NCBI GenBank assembly: GCA_012964335.1
Contig: DTUF01000033.1
Coordinates: forward strand, 27,306-91,305
Source of the DNA: Candidatus Poseidoniales archaeon
Lineage (GTDB): Archaea; Thermoplasmatota; Poseidoniia; Poseidoniales; Thalassarchaeaceae
Reading direction: 5' to 3'
DNA: 64,000 nt
Below the pieces are notes generated by a model that ran no database searches, was not told the origin of the DNA, and was given only the letters and a program-made list of their open reading frames with translations. Made by a program: the position numbers and the translations under genes. The first letter of the stretch is position 1; each line of letters starts with the position of its first letter. Of this stretch, positions 1-9,302 are shown piece by piece.

Positions 1-3000
1 GCCACCGGGCGCATTTGCGAAGTCTACTGTAAGAGTCCAGTGTTCTTCTCTCCAAACATGTTCTGGTATTTCGACTGGTCTTGCTGCCGGTGCTCCGGGT
101 GTTGTGAAAACAATCCATCCTGGTTGGAAGTGTTTGATGACATCAATGTCATAACTTGCACAATCACCTGGCAACACATATTCTGTAGTATCATAGATTT
201 CAAAGACAATATTACCGGTTGAGCGGATGCTGACATTAACATACAATTCCAATACATCCATTGTACCTGAAGCAACAGACTTACGCGGTTCTCCCATTGA
301 CCACCCCTTCAAGAACAGGGCAAATGTTCCAGGCTCTTGCGTCGTTGGCACGCTAATCTCGAGATTCTTAGTAACTGACTGGCCGGGATCAAGTGATACT
401 TGTAGAGGGAACCGAATCTGCCAACCAAATGGAAGTAACCATTCTTGTTGCCCTTCAATCGTATTTGGATCGTAGAAAGCAAAGCTGTCAAACACATTTC
501 CAATGTTTGTTATGGTAATAGAGAAAATTGCGGTTTGACCCTGTTCAACATCGGACCTTTCGTGCGAGGTGTCAAGTTGTATTCCGTGAACCACATCCAT
601 CATTGTCAGAGTCAATCTATCCGAACGAATAGCAGGATCTTTGTGAGATACCGCTGAAACCGTAACATACGAATTTTCGTCATGATGTGCCTGATAAACT
701 GATGGCGCCCTTACTCTCAAATATATTCTCGCAGACTCTCCACCTTTTAGGTAAATATCTGTATCTGGGAAGATTGCGGTGTGGTTGTTAGCAAAGAACA
801 TCGTCATGGTCCAGTTTCCTGAGTTGCATTGTTGAGAAATACTGTGTGCTTCAGCAATTTCTTGCGGTACAATACACATCATGCTGAGATTCACAGAATA
901 TGTGTCAGCAACCAAGTCAACTGGTCCAGGTGTTGTGTTGTTGATTGTCATATTGAAGATGGTCTCTTCTCCAGGCTCAATAATGTGTAACCAATCAGCT
1001 TCTCCGTTTTCAAGGAAAACATCAACTTGACCAGTCAAAATATGTGTATAACATATCGTGTACATGTTGTTGTTTGAAGAACCATCACACTTTGTTGTGT
1101 CAGACCATGCCATGTGTGCACCACTGCCAAGGTCGTTTGCAAATGCTGGTGGTTGTCCCATTTCAGGTGCACGACCACTATTGGGACCTAACTTATCAGA
1201 TGCCCACTTTGTTACTGGAGTTGGCTCCCATTCATCAAGAATGTATGAAGCCAATGAGTTGAGAGGAATTCCATCTGGGTATGCATCGTTGGTGTGATTC
1301 AAGCGAGTATACATCACTTCTTCTCCAGCAGTTACATTTGAATTCTCTAACCATGCGATGTGGATGTTATCTTGTGCGTCTGCAAGAATAGAAGGCATGT
1401 AAGATGATGGACCCCATGGCCGTGATGGTGGAATGTTATTCTTACCTTCAAATTCAGAAATTGGGTAATCGTAAATCTGTTTGATACCATATGTTGGTAG
1501 TCCACCAGGGACACCATTCCATTCACTTGAGCCACGTAGCCTTAGGCGCGAGTACCAAACTTCGTAGTTGTCATCTTTGTCAAATCCATAACCGCGAGCA
1601 TCCATCCAAGCAAGGTGAGTGTTTCCACTTGAATCAATTGCAATTGATGGATGTAGACTGAATGCATCATCAATAGTGATTCTGGTATCATTCACCACGA
1701 CAAGGCTGCCGTCTCCATTAGAGTCGACCGATGGGCCGATTCTCTCATAGTATGAGTTTCCAGTGACTGAATGTCCTGGGTCCCCATATCCCCAAGAGTT
1801 TGGCGGGTTATCAATGAGTGAATGAGGGTCTAGAACTGTTAGATAGATTTCACGAGAGTTGTTAGTAGCAAGATAAATCATTGCCTCAACTAGAAGGCTC
1901 ATTGAATTTGAACCGCCGGACGGGAAAGCATGGGCTTGCCCACCTGCATCCGTATTACGAATGGTTGAGCCGGGGCAAATTCTCGGCCCTGTTGATGTTT
2001 GTCCATTCGGGCATTTTGCCATGTCAATACTTGCAGAAGCGACACCTTGGTTGTTTCCAGAATACAATGGAACTGGGGTTACTCCAGCAAGAACACAAGC
2101 GTCGTGTGCTTCGTTAATGCTCTGTGAATCTTGTTGGTCAATTGGGTGACCTCCATATGGTCCTTCATCAGAAATCGGCATTACAATCTTAGTTGCATTA
2201 GGATTCCATTTGTGGTCGCGCTGAGTTGGTGGGTTACCAGGTACATTACCACCTGCATCCTTCCATGATAGACAAGCCCATGTTGAACCAGGGCCCCAAA
2301 ATTCAGAGTAGTAGCCACCATCTGAAGGGAGATTCGTTGCGGCACCACCGTAGACAACTTCTGTCAACTTTCGAATACCACCTGAATGATCAGATGGGTT
2401 AAGTCCAAGTGCGGTTGGGCGAACATTTCCACCTGAACCACCGGTTGCATAAGCAGTTGCGCAAGTGCCACCACTAGCAGCACTTGGAGTATTACCACTG
2501 AGAAGATACAATGTTTCGTAAACCGAGATGTTTGCATCCATCAGCATTGGTTTGATACCACGGAAATAACCACCGCTTGACCATTGGCCACCATAAAACA
2601 CAGTGCACATGTCACCCCATTCTTGGTACATTGAACCTGATGTATCAATTGGTGCTGCGAATTCCACTTTTCCGCCACGTGTATCATCCCATACAATCTG
2701 AACGAAGTCGTTCGCGTCAACAGCTATGTCTGGATGTCCTTTATGACCAATAATTGGTGTTAGTAGGGTGTCATCAATTGCAGTTATTGCTTCTCGGGTA
2801 GAGAGGTCAATGTCTAGCATTGTGTAGTATATCTGTGGTTGTTGGTAAAATTTGTCAAGTTGCTCATACGAATCCTGCCAAACAATGTGAACTGAGCCAA
2901 GCGAGTCGAGTGCTATGGCTGGCCATCCTCTGTCTTGGTTTCGTTGGCTAACTATGAAATCATCAATCATTGAAAGAGTTGAATCGTCACCCGGTGAACC

Positions 3001-3420
3001 GTCTTGAGGGTGGAATGAAGGGTCTAGGAGAGTGTACACAATTGAGTGCTGACCAGCAGTGTTAGTCCATACAACATGCACCATTCCACTGTCATCAACC
3101 TCAATATCTGGGTTCCATGCACGGTGAGCACCTGTATTGGATATCTGAGTTGCAGAAATTACTGTCTGCGCTCTTGCATCTAACATTGTATAAAACAAAT
3201 GTTGGGTGTTCCTACTCCACACAATGTGGATATTACCGGCTGCGTCAGAATCAACTGCCGCCATTCTATCATTCACTTGGCCACCATCGACCACTTGTAC
3301 TGCATCTGTGATGACCACTTGGGCTGCTTCTACATCTCCAATTGCTGGTGAATAGCCTGCCAAAAGGCTACTCATCACCATCAGTAAAACCATCATCACA
3401 CTCTTATTTGTGTCATTCAT
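1..3420 (-). CDS. Large secreted surface protein, 3'-truncated by the window edge (at least ~1140 aa). It has a signal peptide, propeller-like repeats, an inserted vWA/MIDAS domain and C-terminal CARDB/Ig-like domains.
   Basis: It is absent from the ORF track because no stop codon lies in the window. Hand translation of the minus strand from ATG (3420-3418) stays open to position 1. GGAG (3430-3433, minus strand) lies 9 nt upstream of the ATG. The N-terminus MNDTNKSVMMVLLMVMSSLLAGYSPA is hydrophobic. Blades of the type GNIHIVW...YTMLD, GMVHVVW...YTLLD, GSVHIVW...YYTMLD, GNTHLAWMD and DNIHIAWLE recur. A MIDAS motif IDTSGSM is at ~2632-2646, followed by ISDEGP. The distal part, QGQTAIFSITITNIGNVFDSF, looks CARDB-like. 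Confidence 0.75.
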   Translation of the reverse strand, partial: MNDTNKSVMMVLLMVMSSLLAGYSPAIGDVEAAQVVITDAVQVVDGGQVNDRMAAVDSDAAGNIHIVWSRNTQHLFYTMLDARAQTVISATQISNTGAHRAWNPDIEVDDSGMVHVVWTNTAGQHSIVYTLLDPSFHPQDGSPGDDSTLSMIDDFIVSQRNQDRGWPAIALDSLGSVHIVWQDSYEQLDKFYQQPQIYYTMLDIDLSTREAITAIDDTLLTPIIGHKGHPDIAVDANDFVQIVWDDTRGGKVEFAAPIDTSGSMYQEWGDMCTVFYGGQWSSGGYFRGIKPMLMDANISVYETLYLLSGNTPSAASGGTCATAYATGGSGGNVRPTALGLNPSDHSGGIRKLTEVVYGGAATNLPSDGGYYSEFWGPGSTWACLSWKDAGGNVPGNPPTQRDHKWNPNATKIVMPISDEGPYGGHPIDQQDSQSINEAHDACVLAGVTPVPLYSGNNQGVASASIDMAKCPNGQTSTGPRICPGSTIRNTDAGGQAHAFPSGGSNSMSLLVEAMIYLATNNSREIYLTVLDPHSLIDNPPNSWGYGDPGHSVTGNSYYERIGPSVDSNGDGSLVVVNDTRITIDDAFSLHPSIAIDSSGNTHLAWMDARGYGFDKDDNYEVWYSRLRLRGSSEWNGVPGGLPTYGIKQIYDYPISEFEGKNNIPPSRPWGPSSYMPSILADAQDNIHIAWLENSNVTAGEEVMYTRLNHTNDAYPDGIPLNSLASYILDEWEPTPVTKWASDKLGPNSGRAPEMGQPPAFANDLGSGAHMAWSDTTKCDGSSNNNMYTICYTHILTGQVDVFLENGEADWLHIIEPGEETIFNMTINNTTPGPVDLVADTYSVNLSMMCIVPQEIAEAHSISQQCNSGNWTMTMFFANNHTAIFPDTDIYLKGGESARIYLRVRAPSVYQAHHDENSYVTVSAVSHKDPAIRSDRLTLTMMDVVHGIQLDTSHERSDVEQGQTAIFSITITNIGNVFDSFAFYDPNTIEGQQEWLLPFGWQIRFPLQVSLDPGQSVTKNLEISVPTTQEPGTFALFLKGWSMGEPRKSVASGTMDVLELYVNVSIRSTGNIVFEIYDTTEYVLPGDCASYDIDVIKHFQPGWIVFTTPGAPAARPVEIPEHVWREEHWTLTVDFANAPGG

Positions 3421-3573
3421 TTTTATCGACTCCTTCAGTATCACTACTGTGTTATCGTGAATGTCATAGATTTGGTACTTAACCGCGACGCTTTGCGGTC
3501 AAATTTTGATTTAAATTATCCAATAAAAAATCAAGCCTTAAATCAACAGATTCAACCACGATTATTTCGTCTT

Positions 3574-4191
3574 TCATTGCCATTCTGATGGATCAAAACC
3601 AGAACCGAAAGAACCGCCTTCATCGGTTGACACTACATTGTCTCGTTGTGGGGGTAAACGTTGTACTCCTTGCTGTTGTTGCCAGTCATCAACCGGCCCG
3701 GGTTTACCAACCCCTGGGCCAAATGAATACTTTATTTCATGGATTAATGCTAATTTTGTGAGCCATAAATGACGAAGTGTTTGCATCAACTCATTTTGAC
3801 TCAATCCATCTGTCCAAATTGGTTTACTAAGATTAAACGCTTGAAGTGGGCCGGGTGGACTCTCTGTAGAATTTCGAACATGTAAAACCCAATCAACTCC
3901 ACTACGGGTTAAGTGAAGGCGGCTTTCGTGTAACCAACCCTCCCAACCAGAATCGTCTTCTTCACTTCGCTTAGACATTGCATCTTGTTGACCTGCATCT
4001 ACTTGAGTGACTGTTGATACTACTACCAAATTCCGCTGTTTTGGTGATGCGATATTGAACACGTGACCATGTGGTGTTGGTGGGTAACGCACCATCAGAT
4101 GAAAATCAGCGCGCTGGTCGGGTCGCTCCCTGACCTCAAGCCCTTCACTGATTAGCCAATCGCGTATATTGGCCTCGTAATCACCACTCAT
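3574..4191 (-). CDS. Hypothetical cytoplasmic protein with a Gly/Gln-rich C-terminal tail. It may be a small archaeal DUF family, but I do not recognise it securely.
   Basis: Intact 205-aa ORF in the same orientation as its neighbours. No catalytic motif recognised. Confidence 0.6.
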   Translation of the reverse strand: MSGDYEANIRDWLISEGLEVRERPDQRADFHLMVRYPPTPHGHVFNIASPKQRNLVVVSTVTQVDAGQQDAMSKRSEEDDSGWEGWLHESRLHLTRSGVDWVLHVRNSTESPPGPLQAFNLSKPIWTDGLSQNELMQTLRHLWLTKLALIHEIKYSFGPGVGKPGPVDDWQQQQGVQRLPPQRDNVVSTDEGGSFGSGFDPSEWQ

Positions 4192-4212
4192 AGAAGTCGT
4201 GAGGATGGCACA

Positions 4213-5781
4213 CTATTTGAGCGCACCGAGCATCTCAGATAAATTATCAAATTCAGTTTTGAGAGAATCCCAACCCTTTGTACGGGATGATGAATATGTG
4301 TGAAAATTTCTTCTAATGTCAATAGTAATACGAAGAAAGGCCCTACACGCGAAAGAACTCACATCGGTGATAAACCAAAGGAAAAGAAAGAGGGTTGGCA
4401 CCATAATGTAAGCTGAATATTCTGGGAAATAACCCATCCGCAATAACACCAAAGCTGTGCCAAAGTGAATTAGTGGGCGAATAAAGACGGTGCCAAGCAG
4501 GTTTGACATCATATGGAAAGTTGTTCTTTTATCAACCGCTTCGCCATTGAATTTAGCAAGCAAGAACCCAATGAGAGATTGAATACCATTACCAACAATT
4601 GAGAAAGGTAATGCAAGAGCGATTAGAGGTATGAGAATCAATGCCAATGCTATATTTTTCCAGTTTATCTCGGCAGAGGTAGGGTGGGCTGCGCGCGCGT
4701 CTAGCCCCATTTCATGAAGTGTTTTAGCGGCTTTTCGCGCCGGTTCAGTTAGTTTTGAAGTGACCGCTAAATCCTCCTCGCCACACGCCTCTGGCCCATG
4801 CCATACTTTGTTTTTTGAACCGCGCATTTGGTCGCGGATTTCGCGCCCGTGTAATACTTCTTGTTGCCAAGTAGTCAAGCGTTCTCCTGCTAATCCAGCA
4901 TCAAGGTGACCAAGCAATAACCACGCTCGCCATGTCTCAATATCGGGAGCATCAGGGGTTAAGTAACCTAACCTATCTCTCATCTCATTTCGAACGCTGA
5001 TGGTTGTTTCTTTATCCGGCTCAACCCATTCACCAGCGAGTAATTTAGCTCCATGGTTTTTATCAGGAAGTTCAGGAAGATGAATAGGCTCAGCAAATTC
5101 AACCAAGACTTCTGAAAACCACGCGTGAGGGTCACGAAAAGTAAGTCCTACCGGTAAAATTACTGGAATATCATTACCAATTTCTCTTGCTAAGGCTGCA
5201 GCATTGAGGGCTGAACGAACTGGTCCTGTTCGTAAACGGATAAGGTGGGACTCGCTGTGGGAATGTCCTTCAGGTAACAATATTGATGCTTGACCATGAG
5301 CGAGTTTTGATGCAACAGTCAACATACTTGCAGTATTAACACGGGTTGCTACTTCATCATCAACAAACCCTCTCAATCTCTCTGCTTGGCGAAGCAATGG
5401 TTGGACCCCCATTCTCCTACCCCACCAACCAATAATAGGCCCTGTTAGGACATCTTGTCGACCTGCGAAAACAAATGGCTTGTTTATTTTTAGAACTATC
5501 ACTAGTGGATCTATCAAACCTGCAGTGTGCCATGCAACGGCAAGTACCCCTGGTCCATCGTTGGGATCTTCGCCATGATAATGGTACCAAGTTTTACTCA
5601 TCACATGATCATGACCATATTGCATCATCTGGCGGATGATTGGCCAAAAACCAGCAGTTGTAAGATGGGTATCAGAAAAATCAGGTTTGTGATATTTGAG
5701 AATACGCTCAAGATTTACATTGCTTGAACGCTTTGTCAGTGGGGGTAATTCATCGCCACGATGGTCAACACCCTCTTCCAT
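4213..5781 (-). CDS. Glycerolipid acyltransferase of the PlsC/LPLAT superfamily, with a C-terminal multi-pass membrane region.
   Basis: Acyltransferase block I-like WHTAGLIDP (the H..D box), block III-like LLPEGHSHSESHLIRLRTGPVRSAL, and hydrophobic C-terminal segments (IALALILIPLIALALPFSIVG, VPTLFLFLWFI). Confidence 0.65.
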   Translation of the reverse strand: MEEGVDHRGDELPPLTKRSSNVNLERILKYHKPDFSDTHLTTAGFWPIIRQMMQYGHDHVMSKTWYHYHGEDPNDGPGVLAVAWHTAGLIDPLVIVLKINKPFVFAGRQDVLTGPIIGWWGRRMGVQPLLRQAERLRGFVDDEVATRVNTASMLTVASKLAHGQASILLPEGHSHSESHLIRLRTGPVRSALNAAALAREIGNDIPVILPVGLTFRDPHAWFSEVLVEFAEPIHLPELPDKNHGAKLLAGEWVEPDKETTISVRNEMRDRLGYLTPDAPDIETWRAWLLLGHLDAGLAGERLTTWQQEVLHGREIRDQMRGSKNKVWHGPEACGEEDLAVTSKLTEPARKAAKTLHEMGLDARAAHPTSAEINWKNIALALILIPLIALALPFSIVGNGIQSLIGFLLAKFNGEAVDKRTTFHMMSNLLGTVFIRPLIHFGTALVLLRMGYFPEYSAYIMVPTLFLFLWFITDVSSFACRAFLRITIDIRRNFHTYSSSRTKGWDSLKTEFDNLSEMLGALK

Positions 5782-5823
5782 ACACCTTCGGAGACAGCAT
5801 CAAACCATCAATTCGCCGGGTGT

Positions 5824-6258
5824 TTAATTTTCGGATAATTCATCTGCAAGATTTGCTAGCGCAGCAAAATCAGGGTCTACTGAGCCAGGTGGAGGCGTGT
5901 TGGGGAACATAGCCAATGCACTCTTGCCACCATCTCCGTGTTTTCTGGGAATGACATGAATATGGACGTGTGGTATTTCTTGACCCGCTGCTGGCCCATC
6001 ATGAACAACAATTGTGCAATCCTGTGTCCCAAAATGATTACACAACTTTTCTGAAACTATTGCTACGCCCTCCATCAAAGAGTGTTGGCTCTCTTTACTC
6101 AAATCCCTAAGCCTCTGCTTTTGCTCAACCGGAACTACGAGTGTGTGGCCTTCTGCGCGTGGATTAATGTCAAGAAATGCAACCCATAACTCATTCTTAG
6201 AAATGAAGGATGCTGGGATTTCTCCTTCGATTATCTTACTGAATAAACTGGGCTCCAT
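5824..6258 (-). CDS. hinT: HIT-family nucleotide hydrolase/transferase.
   Basis: Histidine triad HVHIHVIPR and an N-terminus MEPSLFSKIIEGEIPA. I chose the start at ATG 6258 because it overlaps the upstream stop as TAATG. The track ORF extends to 6285. Confidence 0.85.
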   Translation of the reverse strand: MEPSLFSKIIEGEIPASFISKNELWVAFLDINPRAEGHTLVVPVEQKQRLRDLSKESQHSLMEGVAIVSEKLCNHFGTQDCTIVVHDGPAAGQEIPHVHIHVIPRKHGDGGKSALAMFPNTPPPGSVDPDFAALANLADELSEN

Positions 6259-7517
6259 TATGCACAACTCCCGGGAGGAGTCCACACATATTCGATACCT
6301 TTGTGACTAGGCCCTTCCCAACTAATACGGTGGCTCCCTCCAATCAAATCAATAGTGCCATCACCATCAATATCACCTGAATCAAATGTCATTACATATC
6401 TCAAAATTTGAGTGGATTCGTGGCGAGTAAATTGCTCATTGCCATCATTCTCTAATATCACAATATCAATACGGTCCCAACCAGGAAAGAACTCTGTAAT
6501 CTGTAACGTTCCAACCACGATGTCAAGGTCGCCATCATCATCAATGTCAACCGCGTGACCAGTAAATGCACCCCATACATTGGTTAATCGGTGACGAATG
6601 AATTCCCCTGAGCCATCATTCTCTAACCAATTCACACCATGATAAGAATGGGGGTCAATTTCTGCTGGTAAATCCATATCAAGGGTGTCACCATTAGAAT
6701 AAATAATGTCTGAATCACCATCTTGGTCAAGGTCAACTACCTCTAATCCAGACATTCCGTAGAACGTTTCATCTTCGTTCACCAGAGAATGCTTCGTGAA
6801 GTTACCCTCGCCATTATTTCGATAAATGTTGATTTCTTCTGATACCTGAGAAAGAGAGACCGCGATGTCCAAATCTCCATCACCATCAAGGTCAAATGGG
6901 AATGCGTGGATTACGCCTGAGCGCTCATCGATATTATGTCTGACCCAAGTATTGTTTTCACTTTGCTCTAACCAGAATAAGCTACCCTCTAGATTGCCAA
7001 ACTCACAGACTACTAAATCTAAATCACCATCAAGGTCAAAATCACCTGATTCGGCACATACTGTTCGACCAATTCCATCTATCAATGTAATCGGTTGAAA
7101 CTCATCGTCTGCAAGTCCTTTCAACATCACGACTTTACCAACTAATTCGTCTGCGGGAGGGAGAATACCAATATCTGCAACGATGATATCAGTGAAACCA
7201 TCCTCATCTAAATCCACAATATGAGTTCTAACTGGAGCAATGAAACCATCGCTGAACACCTGCTCAACACAGCCGTCTTCGTCACAAATTACCCTAGTAA
7301 TTGTCCCATCCAAAGGATGGGTTGAGAATATTTCATCCACCCCATTACCATCTAAATCTGCCAATCTAATGTTAGCTGTTGTCACACCATCGGGGTCAGG
7401 TAAATATTCTATTGTTGAAAGCCCCTCTTCACACGGTTCTTCTTTTGGAGGGGAAACACAACCTGAAAAAAATACACCCAAAATCATCAGCATGATTAGA
7501 ATTGAGTGTAGTCGCAT
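6258..7517 (-). CDS. Secreted or lipid-anchored FG-GAP/VCBS-repeat (integrin-alpha-like beta-propeller) protein.
   Basis: Repeated DLDGDGDLD, DIDDDGDLDIVVG and DLDQDGDSDIIY calcium-binding FG-GAP motifs. The internal start MRLHSILIMLMILGVFFSGC (ATG at 7517) gives a signal peptide with a lipobox-like Cys and avoids overlap with the upstream gene. Confidence 0.8.
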   Translation of the reverse strand: MRLHSILIMLMILGVFFSGCVSPPKEEPCEEGLSTIEYLPDPDGVTTANIRLADLDGNGVDEIFSTHPLDGTITRVICDEDGCVEQVFSDGFIAPVRTHIVDLDEDGFTDIIVADIGILPPADELVGKVVMLKGLADDEFQPITLIDGIGRTVCAESGDFDLDGDLDLVVCEFGNLEGSLFWLEQSENNTWVRHNIDERSGVIHAFPFDLDGDGDLDIAVSLSQVSEEINIYRNNGEGNFTKHSLVNEDETFYGMSGLEVVDLDQDGDSDIIYSNGDTLDMDLPAEIDPHSYHGVNWLENDGSGEFIRHRLTNVWGAFTGHAVDIDDDGDLDIVVGTLQITEFFPGWDRIDIVILENDGNEQFTRHESTQILRYVMTFDSGDIDGDGTIDLIGGSHRISWEGPSHKGIEYVWTPPGSCA

Positions 7518-7572
7518 GGTTGTCGCAGGTTGGCAGAGATGGTCAACATTGCGGCTATTCAATGAATACGAA

Positions 7573-9072
7573 TTACTCGTCACTGCGTTGATGACTGCCA
7601 CACGATTCAACTCGACCCATTGCTGACTCAACCGCATTTTGGGAGACTCTTACCATTCCTTCAAGACGAAATACCTCAACTAATTCAGTATTCATTACCG
7701 GACTCTCATCTGATAATGTGATTTGTGTCTCAGCAAGTTGTGAAAGTCGTTCTGCAGCACCAGTCAAGGAAGTCCCTTCACGACTTACCCCCATTGAATC
7801 CGACATAATTGAATTCAATTGGGTTGACACTTGGCCCCTTGTCATTCCAGAATCTGTTGCCGCTAATAATTTACCAAAGCGGTCTGCTGCTACTGTCAAA
7901 GCGGAATCAATCGCATCAGAATCTGAAAATTGTGAATCTGCAGCATGTTCTGCGGCAGAAGCACCTGCATTAGATCCACCATCAAGTGATTCTAACAACC
8001 TGTTACCAACAGCCATGTCAGCACCATGGAATCCACTACAAGCACAATCCCCAGCAGCAAATAATCCAGCGTGCGAAGATACTTTTCCAGTCTTATCACA
8101 AGGAACACCACCAATCGTGGTTGAAACTTGAGGGGAAATTGGAATCACTGTCTCACTCATTTGACCCCCAAGACGTGAAGATACTCTTTCTGAGGTATCA
8201 CCATACCACACAGGAGTGCCTCGAGTTAGGACACGGGCGTCCAACACACATTGTTCGCCTGAATTGAGTAGGGATTGGGAGGCTTCGGAAATGCCACCTT
8301 CAGATGAGAATTCAATGTCACTACCTGAAGCCGAACGCACCGCTGCGCCATCGTCTAAGATTGCAAATGGTAGTTGCAGGCCATGCATCTGCATGCTAAG
8401 AGGATTCCAGCCTACAAATTCAAGATTGTTGAGAGAGACTCCTGCATCGGAAGCTAACCAAAGACCTGTTCCACCACTACCACCATTCCATGCTGATTCA
8501 AAACCGTCAGTGGCTAGAATTAGTGATTTTGCCTTCAATGCAACCATTTCACCACGCTGTACATCTAAGGTGATTAGGCCAGTTACTTCATTTGATTCAG
8601 TTACAAGGGAAAGTGATTGCATATCCCCCCTTCTAGAAATCGTTCGCTTCATGCACTGCTCTTCAAGGAGTGAATGCAATTCTCGGCCAGTAGTATCGCC
8701 AGTTGTTGCTACTCGTGATTGAGTCTGACCTGGTCCGGAACTGAGGAGCGGTAAGCCATTTTTTCCGCGGCGGAGAACAAGCCCCCAACGCTCTAATTCT
8801 GCTAGATGATCAAAGGCAGAAGCGGTTCTGTGACGTACTGTTGTTTCGTCACATTGACCTAATCCAACGGCAATTGTATCCTTTGCATGGCCATCATAAT
8901 TGGTCTCGTTTAGTGATACAGCAAAGCCTTCAACTGATGTTGATGCGCCGCCTGAGCCTATTGCACCCTCTTCTAAAATTGTCACCGATGCCCCAGCATC
9001 ATGAGCCGCGATAGCCGCTCGTAATCCGGCTACAGTGCCGCCTACAACAACTACATCCCAAGCTTCCATCAA
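7573..9072 (-). CDS. FAD flavoprotein of the succinate dehydrogenase/fumarate reductase/L-aspartate oxidase family. No partner subunits are adjacent.
   Basis: VVVVGGTVAGLRAAIAAHDAG dinucleotide fold, HAKDTIAVGLGQCDE, GLFAAGDCACSGFHGA, and ESCGSHQRSD at the C-terminus. GGAGG lies upstream of the ATG at 9072. Confidence 0.7.
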   Translation of the reverse strand: MMEAWDVVVVGGTVAGLRAAIAAHDAGASVTILEEGAIGSGGASTSVEGFAVSLNETNYDGHAKDTIAVGLGQCDETTVRHRTASAFDHLAELERWGLVLRRGKNGLPLLSSGPGQTQSRVATTGDTTGRELHSLLEEQCMKRTISRRGDMQSLSLVTESNEVTGLITLDVQRGEMVALKAKSLILATDGFESAWNGGSGGTGLWLASDAGVSLNNLEFVGWNPLSMQMHGLQLPFAILDDGAAVRSASGSDIEFSSEGGISEASQSLLNSGEQCVLDARVLTRGTPVWYGDTSERVSSRLGGQMSETVIPISPQVSTTIGGVPCDKTGKVSSHAGLFAAGDCACSGFHGADMAVGNRLLESLDGGSNAGASAAEHAADSQFSDSDAIDSALTVAADRFGKLLAATDSGMTRGQVSTQLNSIMSDSMGVSREGTSLTGAAERLSQLAETQITLSDESPVMNTELVEVFRLEGMVRVSQNAVESAMGRVESCGSHQRSDE

Positions 9073-9188
9073 AGCCCTCCACTAGCCGCCGCATCATAAA
9101 GCCCGCGCCGGGCGTCTCTACGAGACGCTGTGGGGTTTGACAACAATTTAATTTCTACAACTTAGTTTGCAACTGAGGGTATTTGATA

Positions 9189-9262
9189 CGAGCGCGGCAG
9201 GATTTGAACCCGCGATCTGCGGCTTAGGAAGCCGCCGCCTTATCCAGCTGGGCCACGCGCCC
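9189..9262 (-). tRNA. tRNA-Arg (anticodon CCU).
   Basis: The reverse complement folds as a cloverleaf. Acceptor is GGGCGCG/CGCGCTC, anticodon stem GCGGC/GCCGC with loop TTCCTAA, and T-arm GCGGG-TTCAAAT-CCTGC. No CCA is encoded. Confidence 0.9.
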
Positions 9263-9302
9263 GACTATTCGACCGGCCCACCTTAGATGACGGTTGTGGC
9301 AG

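Noticed and set aside
7240-8722. Several 90-170-aa plus-strand ORFs (7240-7626, 7718-8131, 7986-8267, 8216-8722).
   Set aside because: All are antisense to the FG-GAP and flavoprotein genes, which carry strong family motifs. None of these ORFs has motifs of its own.
9112-9128. Perfect 7-bp hairpin GCGTCTC-TAC-GAGACGC between tRNA-Arg and the flavoprotein gene.
   Set aside because: It is short and has no adjacent oligo-T tract in the transcribed orientation. It could be a processing or terminator element, but that cannot be supported from sequence alone.
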